Of a stretch of 64,000 nt of DNA, positions 29,412 to 38,616 are shown one piece after another; positions within the stretch are counted from its first letter, which is position 1; every line of letters starts with the position of its first letter. Under the pieces are notes generated by a model. The model did no database searches. It saw only the letters and a list, made by a program, of their open reading frames with translations, and had not been told where the DNA came from. Origin of the DNA: an uncultured bacterium (lineage in GTDB: Bacteria > Abyssobacteria > SURF-5); assembly GCA_964607485.1 (NCBI GenBank), contig CAZSKP010000001.1:1-64000 (forward strand), written 5' to 3'. A program made the translations under genes and the position numbers.

Positions 29412-30110
29412 TCACGGCACCCAGAAGGGACCGCTTTTCCCGATTCCCTTAAGAGTGGCAAAGAACTCTCCCATATACTCCGGTATTCGGGAAACGTAGT
29501 CGGCGTCCAGACGCCTGCGGAAAAATTCGATGGAGAACAGTTTCACAAGGTCGGGCAGCGGCACTATCCCATCCTTCTTCTCTTCGGTATAATCGGCCCA
29601 GTTCTTCAGGTGTTCTTCCGACCGGAAGAAAACCATCGTGCTTCAGGCAAAGCCCGGGTCTTGCATCCACTGCAAGAACGGAACCGACACATGCCCGATT
29701 ATCCCGTCCGGGCTCGTGTTAAGGATTTCGCCGTCCTTGATCTCGACCCGTATGGGCTCACCGCAGTCCAGACACGGGGAATCGATTCGAACAGTTTTTC
29801 CAGGAAAGAGCCAGCAGACCGCCAGCGATTCGAATGCTCACTGGCCGAACCATTTCTGCTGACCGTCAATCGTGATGCGGAACTGATTCATGAGGCTGTT
29901 GAACGGCGCCATCGACACGATGATATCCGTCTTCGGATACAGCCATCCGGGCACTCCGGCATTGACCAAGTCGTGGAGCGCCTTCCTGCCTTCCTCCACG
30001 GAAACACCCAATTTCTTGGCTATCTCCGTGTAGTGAGGCGCCTGCCCTGTTTCCACGAAGCGCTTCAGGATTACGTTGTGGGTCCTGTCCAGCAGGCTCG
30101 GCTCACTCAT
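29412..30110 (-). CDS. MerB-like (organomercurial lyase fold) protein with two predicted selenocysteines (U91, U156), 232 aa
   Basis: One frame with TGA at 29840-29838 and 29645-29643: ...WFGQ-U-AFE...SPCLDCGEPIRV...GFA-U-STMVFFRSEEH; matches MerB C96-A-L-D99 and C159..FF.S; SECIS-like hairpins follow both. Confidence 0.88.
29613..29630 (-). promoter_or_regulatory. SECIS-like hairpin after the second UGA
   Basis: UUCUUCC-GGUC-GGAAGAA, perfect 7-bp stem, 12-nt spacer after the UGA. Confidence 0.75.
29810..29826 (-). promoter_or_regulatory. SECIS-like hairpin after the first UGA
   Basis: GCUGGC-GGUCU-GCUGGC (6 bp, two G:U), 11-nt spacer after the UGA, resembling the fdhF-type SECIS. Confidence 0.7.
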
Positions 30111-30207
30111 GAATTCTCACCTCCTCGTGTTTGTTGAAATTGGTCTTAAAGACCTCAGTTGCCATGATGCGCATTCCACTTGGGTCACTCCAGTTCTCCG
30201 TCCTATA

Positions 30208-30972
30208 TCAAAGGTTTACGCGCAGGCCTTTAGTGTGAAGATATTCTTTGACTTCTCTGATGCCCAGAATCCGATAATGAAAGACCGAGGCCGCCAAGAG
30301 AATCTGCGCGCCGCCCTCGACCGCAGCTTCATAGAAGTGCTCGAGTTTGCCCGCTCCGCCGGATGCCACAACCGGCAGGTCCACGGCATCGGAAATGGCT
30401 CTTGTAAACTCCAGGTCGTATCCCGCCTTCGTTCCATCGCCGTCCATGCTCGTCGGCAGGATCACACCGGCGCCAAGCTCTTGACACTCTTTCGCCCAGG
30501 CGACGGCGTCTTGTCCAACGGGTTTTGTGCCTCCTGAAACCACAAGCTCGAATCCGGACGGCATCTTCTTGTTTCGTCTCGCGTCTATTGCCACCGTAAT
30601 TTTCTGCGGCCCGAACTTCTCCGCGGCCCGCTTGACCAAGCTGGGATTCTTCACGGCCGCGCTGTTCATGGAGATTTTGTTGGCGCCTGACTCGAGAACC
30701 ATTTCGATATCTTCCAGCGTGCCAATGCCCCCGCCAACCGTCAGGGGTATGTCGATCACCGATGAGACATTCTCGACCCATTGCAGCCTTGTCTTTCGAT
30801 TCTCAACCGTAGCCGCTATGTCGAGCATTGCGAGCTCGTCGGCGCCTTCCTCCTGATACAGCCGTGCGCATTCGACGGGATCGCCTGCATCTTTAAGGTC
30901 CACGAAATGGATGCCTTTGACCACCCTGCCGTCCTTCATATCGAGGCAAGGCATGATGCTGATCGCTTCCAT
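30208..30972 (-). CDS. hisF: Imidazole glycerol phosphate synthase cyclase subunit (outside a his operon)
   Basis: [55 protein letters not shown]. Confidence 0.92.
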   Translation of the reverse strand: MEAISIMPCLDMKDGRVVKGIHFVDLKDAGDPVECARLYQEEGADELAMLDIAATVENRKTRLQWVENVSSVIDIPLTVGGGIGTLEDIEMVLESGANKISMNSAAVKNPSLVKRAAEKFGPQKITVAIDARRNKKMPSGFELVVSGGTKPVGQDAVAWAKECQELGAGVILPTSMDGDGTKAGYDLEFTRAISDAVDLPVVASGGAGKLEHFYEAAVEGGAQILLAASVFHYRILGIREVKEYLHTKGLRVNL

Positions 30973-31147
30973 GAGGTCGTCCTCCAATGGTTGGCGAAGC
31001 GCCTATCGCCGCTGCCCAGACCGGCACAGGTGTCGGGAATCCTAATTAACACATGTTCTCTGTTCTTGTCAAGCGAGAATCGACAGCGGAGCGCTCACGG
31101 GCTGTGGGTGTTAGGTGAGGCATGCGCAACTGCGGCGGTGGCTTGAC

Positions 31148-33256
31148 TTAGAATTCTCCGTGCTGCTTCCCGCTGCCGACCGCCTCCAGTGTGGCCCTTG
31201 CGAAACCTGTAACCGCCGGGTGCGTGAGCAGTCTCTTGAGGCCGCCGCCCTCGATTTCGCCGGCGTAGTACTCGAGCAAGGCCGCGAGATTCTCTTTGGC
31301 GTTTTGGACCATGAAGCCGATTTCATTCTCGGGGTCCTCTCCCGCCGCAACGGCTTTGGACAGCAGATCGACGACCCCGTCTTTCAGCTCGCCAAGCAGA
31401 GCGCTCGTCTCCAGGTTCGGCTGCCGCAGGTGGTCCGCGAGACGGGTGAGCAGCGACGACGCATCCGTCCGGAGCTCGGCAACGACTGAGTGCAGGGTGG
31501 AATCCGGATAGTCCAGCACCTGCGCGACCGCATGCGCCACTCCGAGGAGCGACTGCTCGGCCGTCTGTACCTTCATGTCACGGACATAGATCGGGTCCTC
31601 TTTGAGATACTCTTTCCGGTAGGGGAGACTGCCGTCGTCCTTGATATCTTTGCCGAAGAAGTGATACCGCTTGGCCGGTGGAATTCGTATGTGCCGATTC
31701 GTCGGGTCCACGGTTTCTTTGAGCGTAGCCCAAATCGCCTTGAGGTCGGTGTACTTCGCCTGCACCTTCATGAACGTCGAAGGTTCGCCGAAGTGGTGTT
31801 TCCAGCGCTCTTCCAGCTCCTTCACCATCTTTCTGACGCGGCCGTTCGGGGCGAAACGGTCGAGCGCCGAAATCATTGCATACCCTTCGTACGCCCGCTG
31901 TCGGTGGCCCTCTGCGATCTGTCGGAAATGCTCGTCGTCATATTCCTTATATCGTTCGTATCCGTTGAAATAAATCTTCAGGAAGCGCAGGATGGTTGGC
32001 CCCCATGTGTTGAGCAATCGCTTGTCGCCCGTTCGGATGAACTCCATGATCTCGTGCTCGTAGAGATGCTTGTGGACCATGCCGCCGCCGTAGAAACTGA
32101 CGTCCTCCCATTTGAACGGCTTGATGCGTCCCTCCTCCTTCAGCCGTTTGTAAAGCGGCGTGCCGGGGTAGGGGGTCACGCGCGTGAGCTGCGCGGCGGT
32201 CGGTTCGCACGTGAGGAAGTATTGAAAATCTTCCTCCAGCGTTTCACGCGTGTGAAAATCGAAGCCGGCCATCCAACCGATCATCGTTGCGATGCCTCGC
32301 GCATAGAGCTCATGCACAATCTTCTTCGCATCGCCCACTCGCTTGCCGTACCCCTGGTCGGGCGCGAACTTGGATTCCAGCCCGATGAACATGTTGCGGA
32401 CGTTATTGTGGGCCATCTCGTCCAGGTCGTCGTATGTCGAGAGCGTATTGATGCTGATCAGGATGGTTATCATGAACTGGGAAAAGTCGATCTCCGGGTC
32501 TTCGCGCATCAGGCGGCCGACTTCATTGATAAACTCTTTGTTCTGGTCTTCCTCGTAAATGATGATGTTCGTTCCCGGCGCGTGTTTCTGCCACATCTTG
32601 ATTTCGTTCTTTATCTGTTCGGCTGTGACGAGAAGATGTCGCTTGCCGCCGAAATGAGTCGTCGTCGTGCAGAAATCGCATCCGCGATCGCATCCGACGG
32701 CGGCGATGAGCGCGCTCGTGTCTCCGGGAGGCCATCGGTCCAGCCACGGCACGGAGCCGAACGCGCAGCGGGGGAGATAGTGCTGGCGCACGGGGGCGTT
32801 CACGTCGTCGCCGAGATGTTCGCGAAACCACCGCACGCCGTCGCCCAGCACGATGTGATCGACGAGCTTTTTCCATTCCTCCTCGGGGTAATATGCGCCC
32901 ACGCTCTGCGCGACGAAGCTGCCCAGGATGACCTCGCTCTTGGGTGAATGCCTGCGCGCCATGCGGCACATCTCCATCACGCTCTCGAGATTCGGGGTGA
33001 GCGAGGAAATGCCCACGCAATCGTAGCCCTTCTTGACCTCCTCGACCCAGTTCTCCATCGTCGGATGGTCCAGCACAACGCACGGAGCGGAGATGTTCTG
33101 CGCGATGATAAACGGCCCAACGAGATGCATGTGTGCCTCGACAGTGAAGATCCCCTGCCCTTTGAAAAATCGCTGGCGCATGATATCGGTCGGGGTATCA
33201 TGCCACGGTTGGATGGGATAAGGAGTGACGGGTGTGGAAAGCAGCACGCGCTTCAT
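31148..33256 (-). CDS. B12-binding-domain radical SAM protein with C-terminal helical extension
   Basis: CDRGCDFC (CxxxCxxC), N-terminal VGISS..VILGS Rossmann-like domain, GLES, TPYPGTPLY. Confidence 0.85.
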   Translation of the reverse strand: MKRVLLSTPVTPYPIQPWHDTPTDIMRQRFFKGQGIFTVEAHMHLVGPFIIAQNISAPCVVLDHPTMENWVEEVKKGYDCVGISSLTPNLESVMEMCRMARRHSPKSEVILGSFVAQSVGAYYPEEEWKKLVDHIVLGDGVRWFREHLGDDVNAPVRQHYLPRCAFGSVPWLDRWPPGDTSALIAAVGCDRGCDFCTTTTHFGGKRHLLVTAEQIKNEIKMWQKHAPGTNIIIYEEDQNKEFINEVGRLMREDPEIDFSQFMITILISINTLSTYDDLDEMAHNNVRNMFIGLESKFAPDQGYGKRVGDAKKIVHELYARGIATMIGWMAGFDFHTRETLEEDFQYFLTCEPTAAQLTRVTPYPGTPLYKRLKEEGRIKPFKWEDVSFYGGGMVHKHLYEHEIMEFIRTGDKRLLNTWGPTILRFLKIYFNGYERYKEYDDEHFRQIAEGHRQRAYEGYAMISALDRFAPNGRVRKMVKELEERWKHHFGEPSTFMKVQAKYTDLKAIWATLKETVDPTNRHIRIPPAKRYHFFGKDIKDDGSLPYRKEYLKEDPIYVRDMKVQTAEQSLLGVAHAVAQVLDYPDSTLHSVVAELRTDASSLLTRLADHLRQPNLETSALLGELKDGVVDLLSKAVAAGEDPENEIGFMVQNAKENLAALLEYYAGEIEGGGLKRLLTHPAVTGFARATLEAVGSGKQHGEF

Positions 33257-33575
33257 TCTGATGCATCCTCCTTGGGTCGCTGCAACCAGGTCCGATAAAT
33301 GAATGACGGTTCAGTCATACAAGACTATAACTCAAGCCCCAATTTGTCAAGCCCTCTCCGGCTGCGGCCGCGCAAGAACCTGGCAACGCACGGCCGTGAT
33401 GGTCGAGCAGCCAAACGTGATTGAGCTGCGGCGGCAGAAATGCACTTATCAAGCTTCACTCGCTCGACTCGACCGGGGCCGCGGGGGCTCAGTTGACAAA
33501 AAAGGCGAGCAGATAAGCGCCCGTACAGCCGCCTATCTGCTCGCACAGATGAACCGCAACACGCTTCAGCAGAGC

Positions 33576-36260
33576 TTAGAACGTATCATTCTGCTCTACC
33601 ATGGTAATGATGTTTTGCGCGTAGGCAATGAGCATCGCCGCAACTTCCGAGGAGATCTTGTTCCCCGTTTGGGCGTTGACCTCGTTGATGAACGCGTTCA
33701 ACTGGCCTATCGCGGCATTATCCTTGTCCTTGTCAATCGACGTCTGCGCCGCCTGCACTTTTGAGTAGAGACTGGTCTTCGTTTCATCTGACAGGACATC
33801 ATCGGGGAGCGTACTGATGATGTCTGTCAACCCATCGATGCTATCGATGCAGCCGTTCGCGTCAGCGTCAAAGCCGGTTGCGTCTACGTCGGGACAGGTG
33901 TCAACGTTGCCGCAGACACCGTCGTGGTCGGCGTCATTGTAGGGGTCGAGCGGACAACTGTCGCACACATCGCCCAGTCCGTCGGTGTCGGAATCCGTTT
34001 GGTCGGCGTTCGACACTTCGACGCAGTTATCGCAGGCATCTCCGACGTTGTCGCCGTCGGCGTCCGCCTGGTCGGTGTTCGCGTTGACCGGGCAGTTGTC
34101 GGCGTTGCCGCAGATCGTGTCGCCATCGGCGTCGTTGTCTGCATCGAGCGGGCACGCATCGCATGCGTCGCCGATTGCGTCTCCATCGGCGTCGGCCTGG
34201 TCGGCGTTCGGTGTGACAGGGCAATTATCCACGTCGCCGCAGACGGCATCTGTATCTGCATCGTTGTCGGCGTCATTCGGACAACTGTCGCACACATCGC
34301 CCAGTCCGTCGGTGTCGGCGTCACTCTGGTCCGCATTGGAAACGGTCGGACAATTGTCCACGTCGCCGCAGACGGTGTCGGCGTCGATGTCGTTGTCTGC
34401 ATCGAGCGGGCACGCGTCATCGGCGTCGCATATCTCGTCGCCGTCGGAGTCTTGCACGCAGCCCTCGCAGACGTCGCCGACGCCATTGGCGTTTTCATCG
34501 AGCTGGTCGGGATTGTTCACATCGGGACAGTTGTCACATACGTCTCCAACGCCGTCACCGAGGGCGAACTTCTGGATGCGGCAATTGTTGACTTCGGTGA
34601 CGTAGACCAAGCCGGAACGGATCGCGATTCCGTAGGGGTTGAAGAACTGCCCTGCGCCTGTGCCGTAGCTTCCCCACTTGCCCAGGAAGTTTCCATCGGA
34701 GTCAAACATCTCAACGCGGTGATTCTGATAGTCGGTAACATACAGGTGGCCCATGGGATCGAAGGCGATGCCGGACGGGCCGTTGAACTGCCCGTCACCG
34801 GTGCCGAAACTTCCCCACTTGCCCAGGAAGTTTCCGTTCGTATCGAACTCCTGGACGCGGTGGATGTACGTGCCAGACCAATTGCCGCTGTCGCAGACAT
34901 ACACGACATCGGACGAATCGATGGCGATTCCCCTTGGCGAGCCGAATTCGCCGTCACCGGAGCCGTAGGTTCCCCACGAAATTCCCGCGAAGTTGCCGTT
35001 GGCGTCGAACTTCAGAACCCGCCGATTGCCTGCCTCCAGAACGTACCCATTGCCGGAGGAGTCGAAAGCGATTCCCACGGCGCTCCAGATTCCGGCGACG
35101 CCGTACGACGGCGGGGGAGGAAGCGGAGGGGAGGTGGCGGCGGGCCACTTCGTGACGAAACCGCCGTTGCTGTTGAATACCTTGATTTGATTGGAGTCGG
35201 TCACATATATGTTGCCGTCGGGACCGATCGCGATACCCTTCGGATCGCGGAACTGATCATTGGCGGTGCCGTAGCTTCCCCACTGCGTCAGGAGATTCCC
35301 GTTGGCGTCGAACTTCTGGACCCGATAATTCTGCCAATCGGTCGCGTACACGGAGCCGGACTCATCGACTGCGACGCCGTGAGGGAACATGAATTGGCCG
35401 GGGTTGGTTCCCCTGCTCCCCCAGTACAGCTTAGGCGCGAGACCCGGATCCGATTCAGTCTGATCCGGATTCGAGATACCTGGACAATTGTCGCAGACGT
35501 CGCCCAGCCCATCGGCGTCGGCGTCGGCCTGCGACGCATTGGGTGTGGTCGGGCAATTATCCGCCGCGTCGGGGACGCCGTCGCCGTCGGCGTCTGGTTC
35601 CACATAGTCATATGTCAATATCGTGTCGTCGACCAGATGCCACTGTCCGGCGCCCGATTCCACCTGGATGGGCTGAACGGAGAAGGCCGAAGTTCCCGCA
35701 TAAACGGTGTCGATATAGAAGTCGATCCCGGTTGGCGTCTGTTTTATTTCAAAGAGATGCCAGCCGAGCGACCTGGCAATGGTTGTTACAAAATGCGTCC
35801 AGGAGCCCGTGTTGTTGTTTCGGCCGAAGACCGTATAGAAATCCTCGCTCAGGGCTGATTTGCCGATGCCGACGTAATGGTTGGAAGTCTCCTCGACGTT
35901 CATTGAAAACCATCCGCCGACGGTCATATTGTCGTACATCCACGTGCTGAGGACATAATTCTGCCCATCCCAATCGGCGATGCCGGTGGTGTACGTCATA
36001 TAGGTTGCCGACATCGAGCCGCCGTCGTGATAGTACCAATCTCTCCACATGGAGTATGAACCGCTCACCTTATCGTCCGCGTATTGCCCATACGCGGTGT
36101 AATAGGAAAACGCCCAGTTGCTCCAGTCATTATCCTCGTAATCATCGATGATAATTGTTTTTGATGCCGCAAAGGCGGCCGGCGTCCCCCACTGGAATAC
36201 AAAAAACAGAGACAAGACAAAGATGATGATCTTACTGCACGTTGCTACTTGCTTCTTCAT
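33576..36260 (-). CDS. Secreted protein with NHL beta-propeller, thrombospondin type-3 Ca-binding repeats and C-terminal FIMAH-like domain
   Basis: Signal peptide; F..P.GIA.D..G..YV.D..N.RV..F repeats; many DNCP...N.DQ.D.D.DG.GD.CD repeats; L.AFINEV.AQ.G.KI. Confidence 0.88.
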   Translation of the reverse strand: MKKQVATCSKIIIFVLSLFFVFQWGTPAAFAASKTIIIDDYEDNDWSNWAFSYYTAYGQYADDKVSGSYSMWRDWYYHDGGSMSATYMTYTTGIADWDGQNYVLSTWMYDNMTVGGWFSMNVEETSNHYVGIGKSALSEDFYTVFGRNNNTGSWTHFVTTIARSLGWHLFEIKQTPTGIDFYIDTVYAGTSAFSVQPIQVESGAGQWHLVDDTILTYDYVEPDADGDGVPDAADNCPTTPNASQADADADGLGDVCDNCPGISNPDQTESDPGLAPKLYWGSRGTNPGQFMFPHGVAVDESGSVYATDWQNYRVQKFDANGNLLTQWGSYGTANDQFRDPKGIAIGPDGNIYVTDSNQIKVFNSNGGFVTKWPAATSPPLPPPPSYGVAGIWSAVGIAFDSSGNGYVLEAGNRRVLKFDANGNFAGISWGTYGSGDGEFGSPRGIAIDSSDVVYVCDSGNWSGTYIHRVQEFDTNGNFLGKWGSFGTGDGQFNGPSGIAFDPMGHLYVTDYQNHRVEMFDSDGNFLGKWGSYGTGAGQFFNPYGIAIRSGLVYVTEVNNCRIQKFALGDGVGDVCDNCPDVNNPDQLDENANGVGDVCEGCVQDSDGDEICDADDACPLDADNDIDADTVCGDVDNCPTVSNADQSDADTDGLGDVCDSCPNDADNDADTDAVCGDVDNCPVTPNADQADADGDAIGDACDACPLDADNDADGDTICGNADNCPVNANTDQADADGDNVGDACDNCVEVSNADQTDSDTDGLGDVCDSCPLDPYNDADHDGVCGNVDTCPDVDATGFDADANGCIDSIDGLTDIISTLPDDVLSDETKTSLYSKVQAAQTSIDKDKDNAAIGQLNAFINEVNAQTGNKISSEVAAMLIAYAQNIITMVEQNDTF

Positions 36261-36351
36261 GACATGCTCCCTCCTTCAAATGATTCCTGTGACAACCACT
36301 CCCGCACCCGGCGCGGGATAATACCCTCAGCTTCTCGACGGCTCTCTATGC

Positions 36352-36849
36352 TTATGCTCGGTCGTTTTTCGGGATTGTCCCCAGTCTGTCCTTGACGTTC
36401 TGAAGCGTGGTCGTTTCCAGGTATGTGATAAGTGACTGCCGAGTCTTCTTCCACAGGTCGTGCATCGGGCATATGAGGTTGAACCCGCACATCGGAGTCG
36501 GGAGCGTACAGACGTCGCAGCAGAGGGAGCCCCCATCTTTCAATTGAGCCTGACATCTCAATCCCATGGGGCATTCGGCAAAGGCGTATTGTCCGTCGAC
36601 GGCGAACACGATATCCAGGAGCGAAACCTCCGAGGGTTTGCGTATAAGCGCATAGCCCCCACGGGGGCCAGGCACTCCTCTGAGAATTCCGGCCTTGGTC
36701 ATTTCCTGAAGCGCCTTACGGGCATAGGCCTCGGGAATTCCGGCTTTTTCACAGGTGCGCTTTACGCTGAAGGTTGGGAGGGGGCCAGTTTCAAGTGCGC
36801 TCACTACCGTGCGGATGGCGTACTGGCTGGCTTTTGAGAATAGTCTCAT
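36352..36849 (-). CDS. Rrf2 family transcriptional regulator with Cys-rich C-terminus
   Basis: SKASQYAIR, GPRGGYAL, VSLLDIV.AVDG, C..C..CC..C..C..CPMH. Confidence 0.9.
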   Translation of the reverse strand: MRLFSKASQYAIRTVVSALETGPLPTFSVKRTCEKAGIPEAYARKALQEMTKAGILRGVPGPRGGYALIRKPSEVSLLDIVFAVDGQYAFAECPMGLRCQAQLKDGGSLCCDVCTLPTPMCGFNLICPMHDLWKKTRQSLITYLETTTLQNVKDRLGTIPKNDRA

Positions 36850-36882
36850 GTGGAGAATCCCGCGCCAGAGAATAACCCACAA

Positions 36883-36940
36883 ATCTGGATATTTGTATCC
36901 AGATAGGCGGAATCATACCACAGCCTATCACTCAAGTCAA
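36883..36940 (-). promoter_or_regulatory. sigma70 promoter plus palindromic operator of the Rrf2 gene
   Basis: TTGACT-N17-TATGAT (36940-36912) with extended -10 TG; perfect IR ATCTGGATA-N4-TATCCAGAT at 36883-36904. Confidence 0.7.
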
Positions 36941-37208
36941 GGCTATTTTCGCTTGTGGTTCTTCAGCAAGAGAGAACACCGAGGCTGATTGGCTGTGTAA
37001 GCTCCCTTCTGCAAGACGTTGACGCTACTCTATTCTTGCAATTAGCTGCGGTCTCGTGCGGCTGAGCAGCGGGGTCCTCTCACTGACCCACGGCAGCGCA
37101 CCCGCGCCTCCAAGCCGGCGGGAATCATGCGGCCTGTCCCGGTCGCCAAGATGGAAAGGACCGGCCCGGACAAACGAACCCTAACTGGCGAAGACCAGTC
37201 TCCCCCCC

Positions 37209-37342
37209 TGTCAGCTTTCTTTATAGCCTTGTAAAGAATCCTGTCGGCAGGCCGCTTCACTGTATCGGTCAGCGTGAAAAGCAGTGTATTTATTGGGCAT
37301 TAACGTTCGTTCGACCGTGTTTTTCCGTGGCATGTTATTTGC
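37209..37342 (+). promoter_or_regulatory. Tandem enhancer-like sites plus sigma54 promoter upstream of the diguanylate cyclase
   Basis: TGTCAGCTTTCTTTATA (37209) and TGTAAAGAATCCTGTCG (37230); TGGCATGTTATTTGC at 37328-37342. Confidence 0.7.
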
Positions 37343-37447
37343 TCATATTCTGGGAGCAAAGGGCCGTGAGAAGGACTCGATGTGCAGCGGATGCGGCATG
37401 GCCCACAGGCAGGCACATAGGGGGGGTGGATTGTCGGAACGTTCTCC

Positions 37448-38611
37448 ATGGCTGTGGAGTTTGCGACAGGCGTATCGCTGCACCTGGAGAAACGCATGAA
37501 CCGAATCGTAGAAGACAACCTGCGTCCCGGCGATGACCCCGGGATGCCATCGTACGAACAGCTCCATTTACCCAAGATGGAAACAGCGAGCGGCTTATCG
37601 CCAGACGACATTGCCGAAGGGCGCGGTTCGAAGGGTATCCACGGAGAGGGCAACGTGTATCGGTCCTTCAACTTTGCCCAATTTCTCATTTACAACAACA
37701 GCCGCACGCTGCGGGCGCTCGCGATTGACGGGAACGATGCTGAGCGTTCCCTCATCGCCGACACGCTCGCCGGCTGCGGTGCGGAGGTGAGCTTTGCAGG
37801 AGACGGTGTCGAGGCGGCTCAAAAAATGCGGCAAGCGCATTTCGACATGGTCTTCGCGGAGCGCCACGTGGTCGCAAAGGATAAGTTCAGGCTGATTTCT
37901 CTCGCAAGGGAGACATCTCCCGATACCGAGATATTCGTGGTGTGTAAATACGAGGAAATGAGCAACGCCGTGGAGTGCACGAGAAGAGGAGCCGAAGGAC
38001 TCATCATCAAGCCGGACGTTAAGGAGCAGGTCGCCGTGGCCGCAGGCAAGACAAGGGAGCGAAAAGACCTGAGACTGCTGGCATATACTGACGGACTGAC
38101 CTCGCTGTTCAACCGCAGCACTTTCGAATATTTTCTCCTGCAGGAATGCCATCGAAGCACCCGCCACGGACATTCCTTTGCGTTGATGATGCTGGACATC
38201 GACGATTTCAAACAGTACAACGATATGAACGGCCATCTGGTCGGCGACATCGCCCTGATCAAGCTGGGAAGGCTGCTGAGACAGTGCACGCGCGCCTCGG
38301 ACATCCCCGCCCGTTACGGCGGGGATGAATTTGCGGTTATCCTGACGGAAATCACCCGCTCCGAAGCGTTGCACAGAGCGACTCGCTTGAACCGGACCGT
38401 TTTTCTCACGCCGTTCCAGTATGAGAAGAACATGGGCGCCAAGAAACTGACGGCAAGCGTCGGGCTGGCGCTGTACCCGGAGCATGGGAAAGACCATCAC
38501 GAGATCGTCGCAAGCGCGGACCGCGCCCTCTACCGGGCGAAGGCCGAGGGAAAGAACCGGGTTTGCGTCTTTGACAAATCAGACAAGCCGGCCGGGTCGG
38601 GCCGCTGGTGA
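37448..38611 (+). CDS. Diguanylate cyclase with degenerate receiver domain; start uncertain
   Basis: TDGLTSLFNR, DIDDFKQYND..GHLVGD, RASD I-site, RYGGDEF, ADRALYRAK. Confidence 0.92.
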   Translation: MAVEFATGVSLHLEKRMNRIVEDNLRPGDDPGMPSYEQLHLPKMETASGLSPDDIAEGRGSKGIHGEGNVYRSFNFAQFLIYNNSRTLRALAIDGNDAERSLIADTLAGCGAEVSFAGDGVEAAQKMRQAHFDMVFAERHVVAKDKFRLISLARETSPDTEIFVVCKYEEMSNAVECTRRGAEGLIIKPDVKEQVAVAAGKTRERKDLRLLAYTDGLTSLFNRSTFEYFLLQECHRSTRHGHSFALMMLDIDDFKQYNDMNGHLVGDIALIKLGRLLRQCTRASDIPARYGGDEFAVILTEITRSEALHRATRLNRTVFLTPFQYEKNMGAKKLTASVGLALYPEHGKDHHEIVASADRALYRAKAEGKNRVCVFDKSDKPAGSGRW

Positions 38612-38616
38612 TCGTT

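Noticed and set aside
29412-29414. Third Sec at the terminal TGA of the MerB-like gene
   Set aside because: No Cys-equivalent context, and read-through would add only 12 codons before a TAA.
29412-30110. Pseudogene or separate small genes
   Set aside because: Both stops are TGA at catalytic Cys-equivalent positions, there is no frameshift, and each has a SECIS-like hairpin.
33924-35858. 644-aa Val/Gly-rich plus-strand ORF
   Set aside because: Reverse complement of the Asp-rich TSP3/NHL repeats.
37128-37256. Riboswitch or ncRNA upstream of the DGC (GCGGCCTG...CAGGCCGC pairing)
   Set aside because: No recognisable aptamer consensus; the inner symmetry is explained by the tandem enhancer sites. 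An Rfam scan would settle it.
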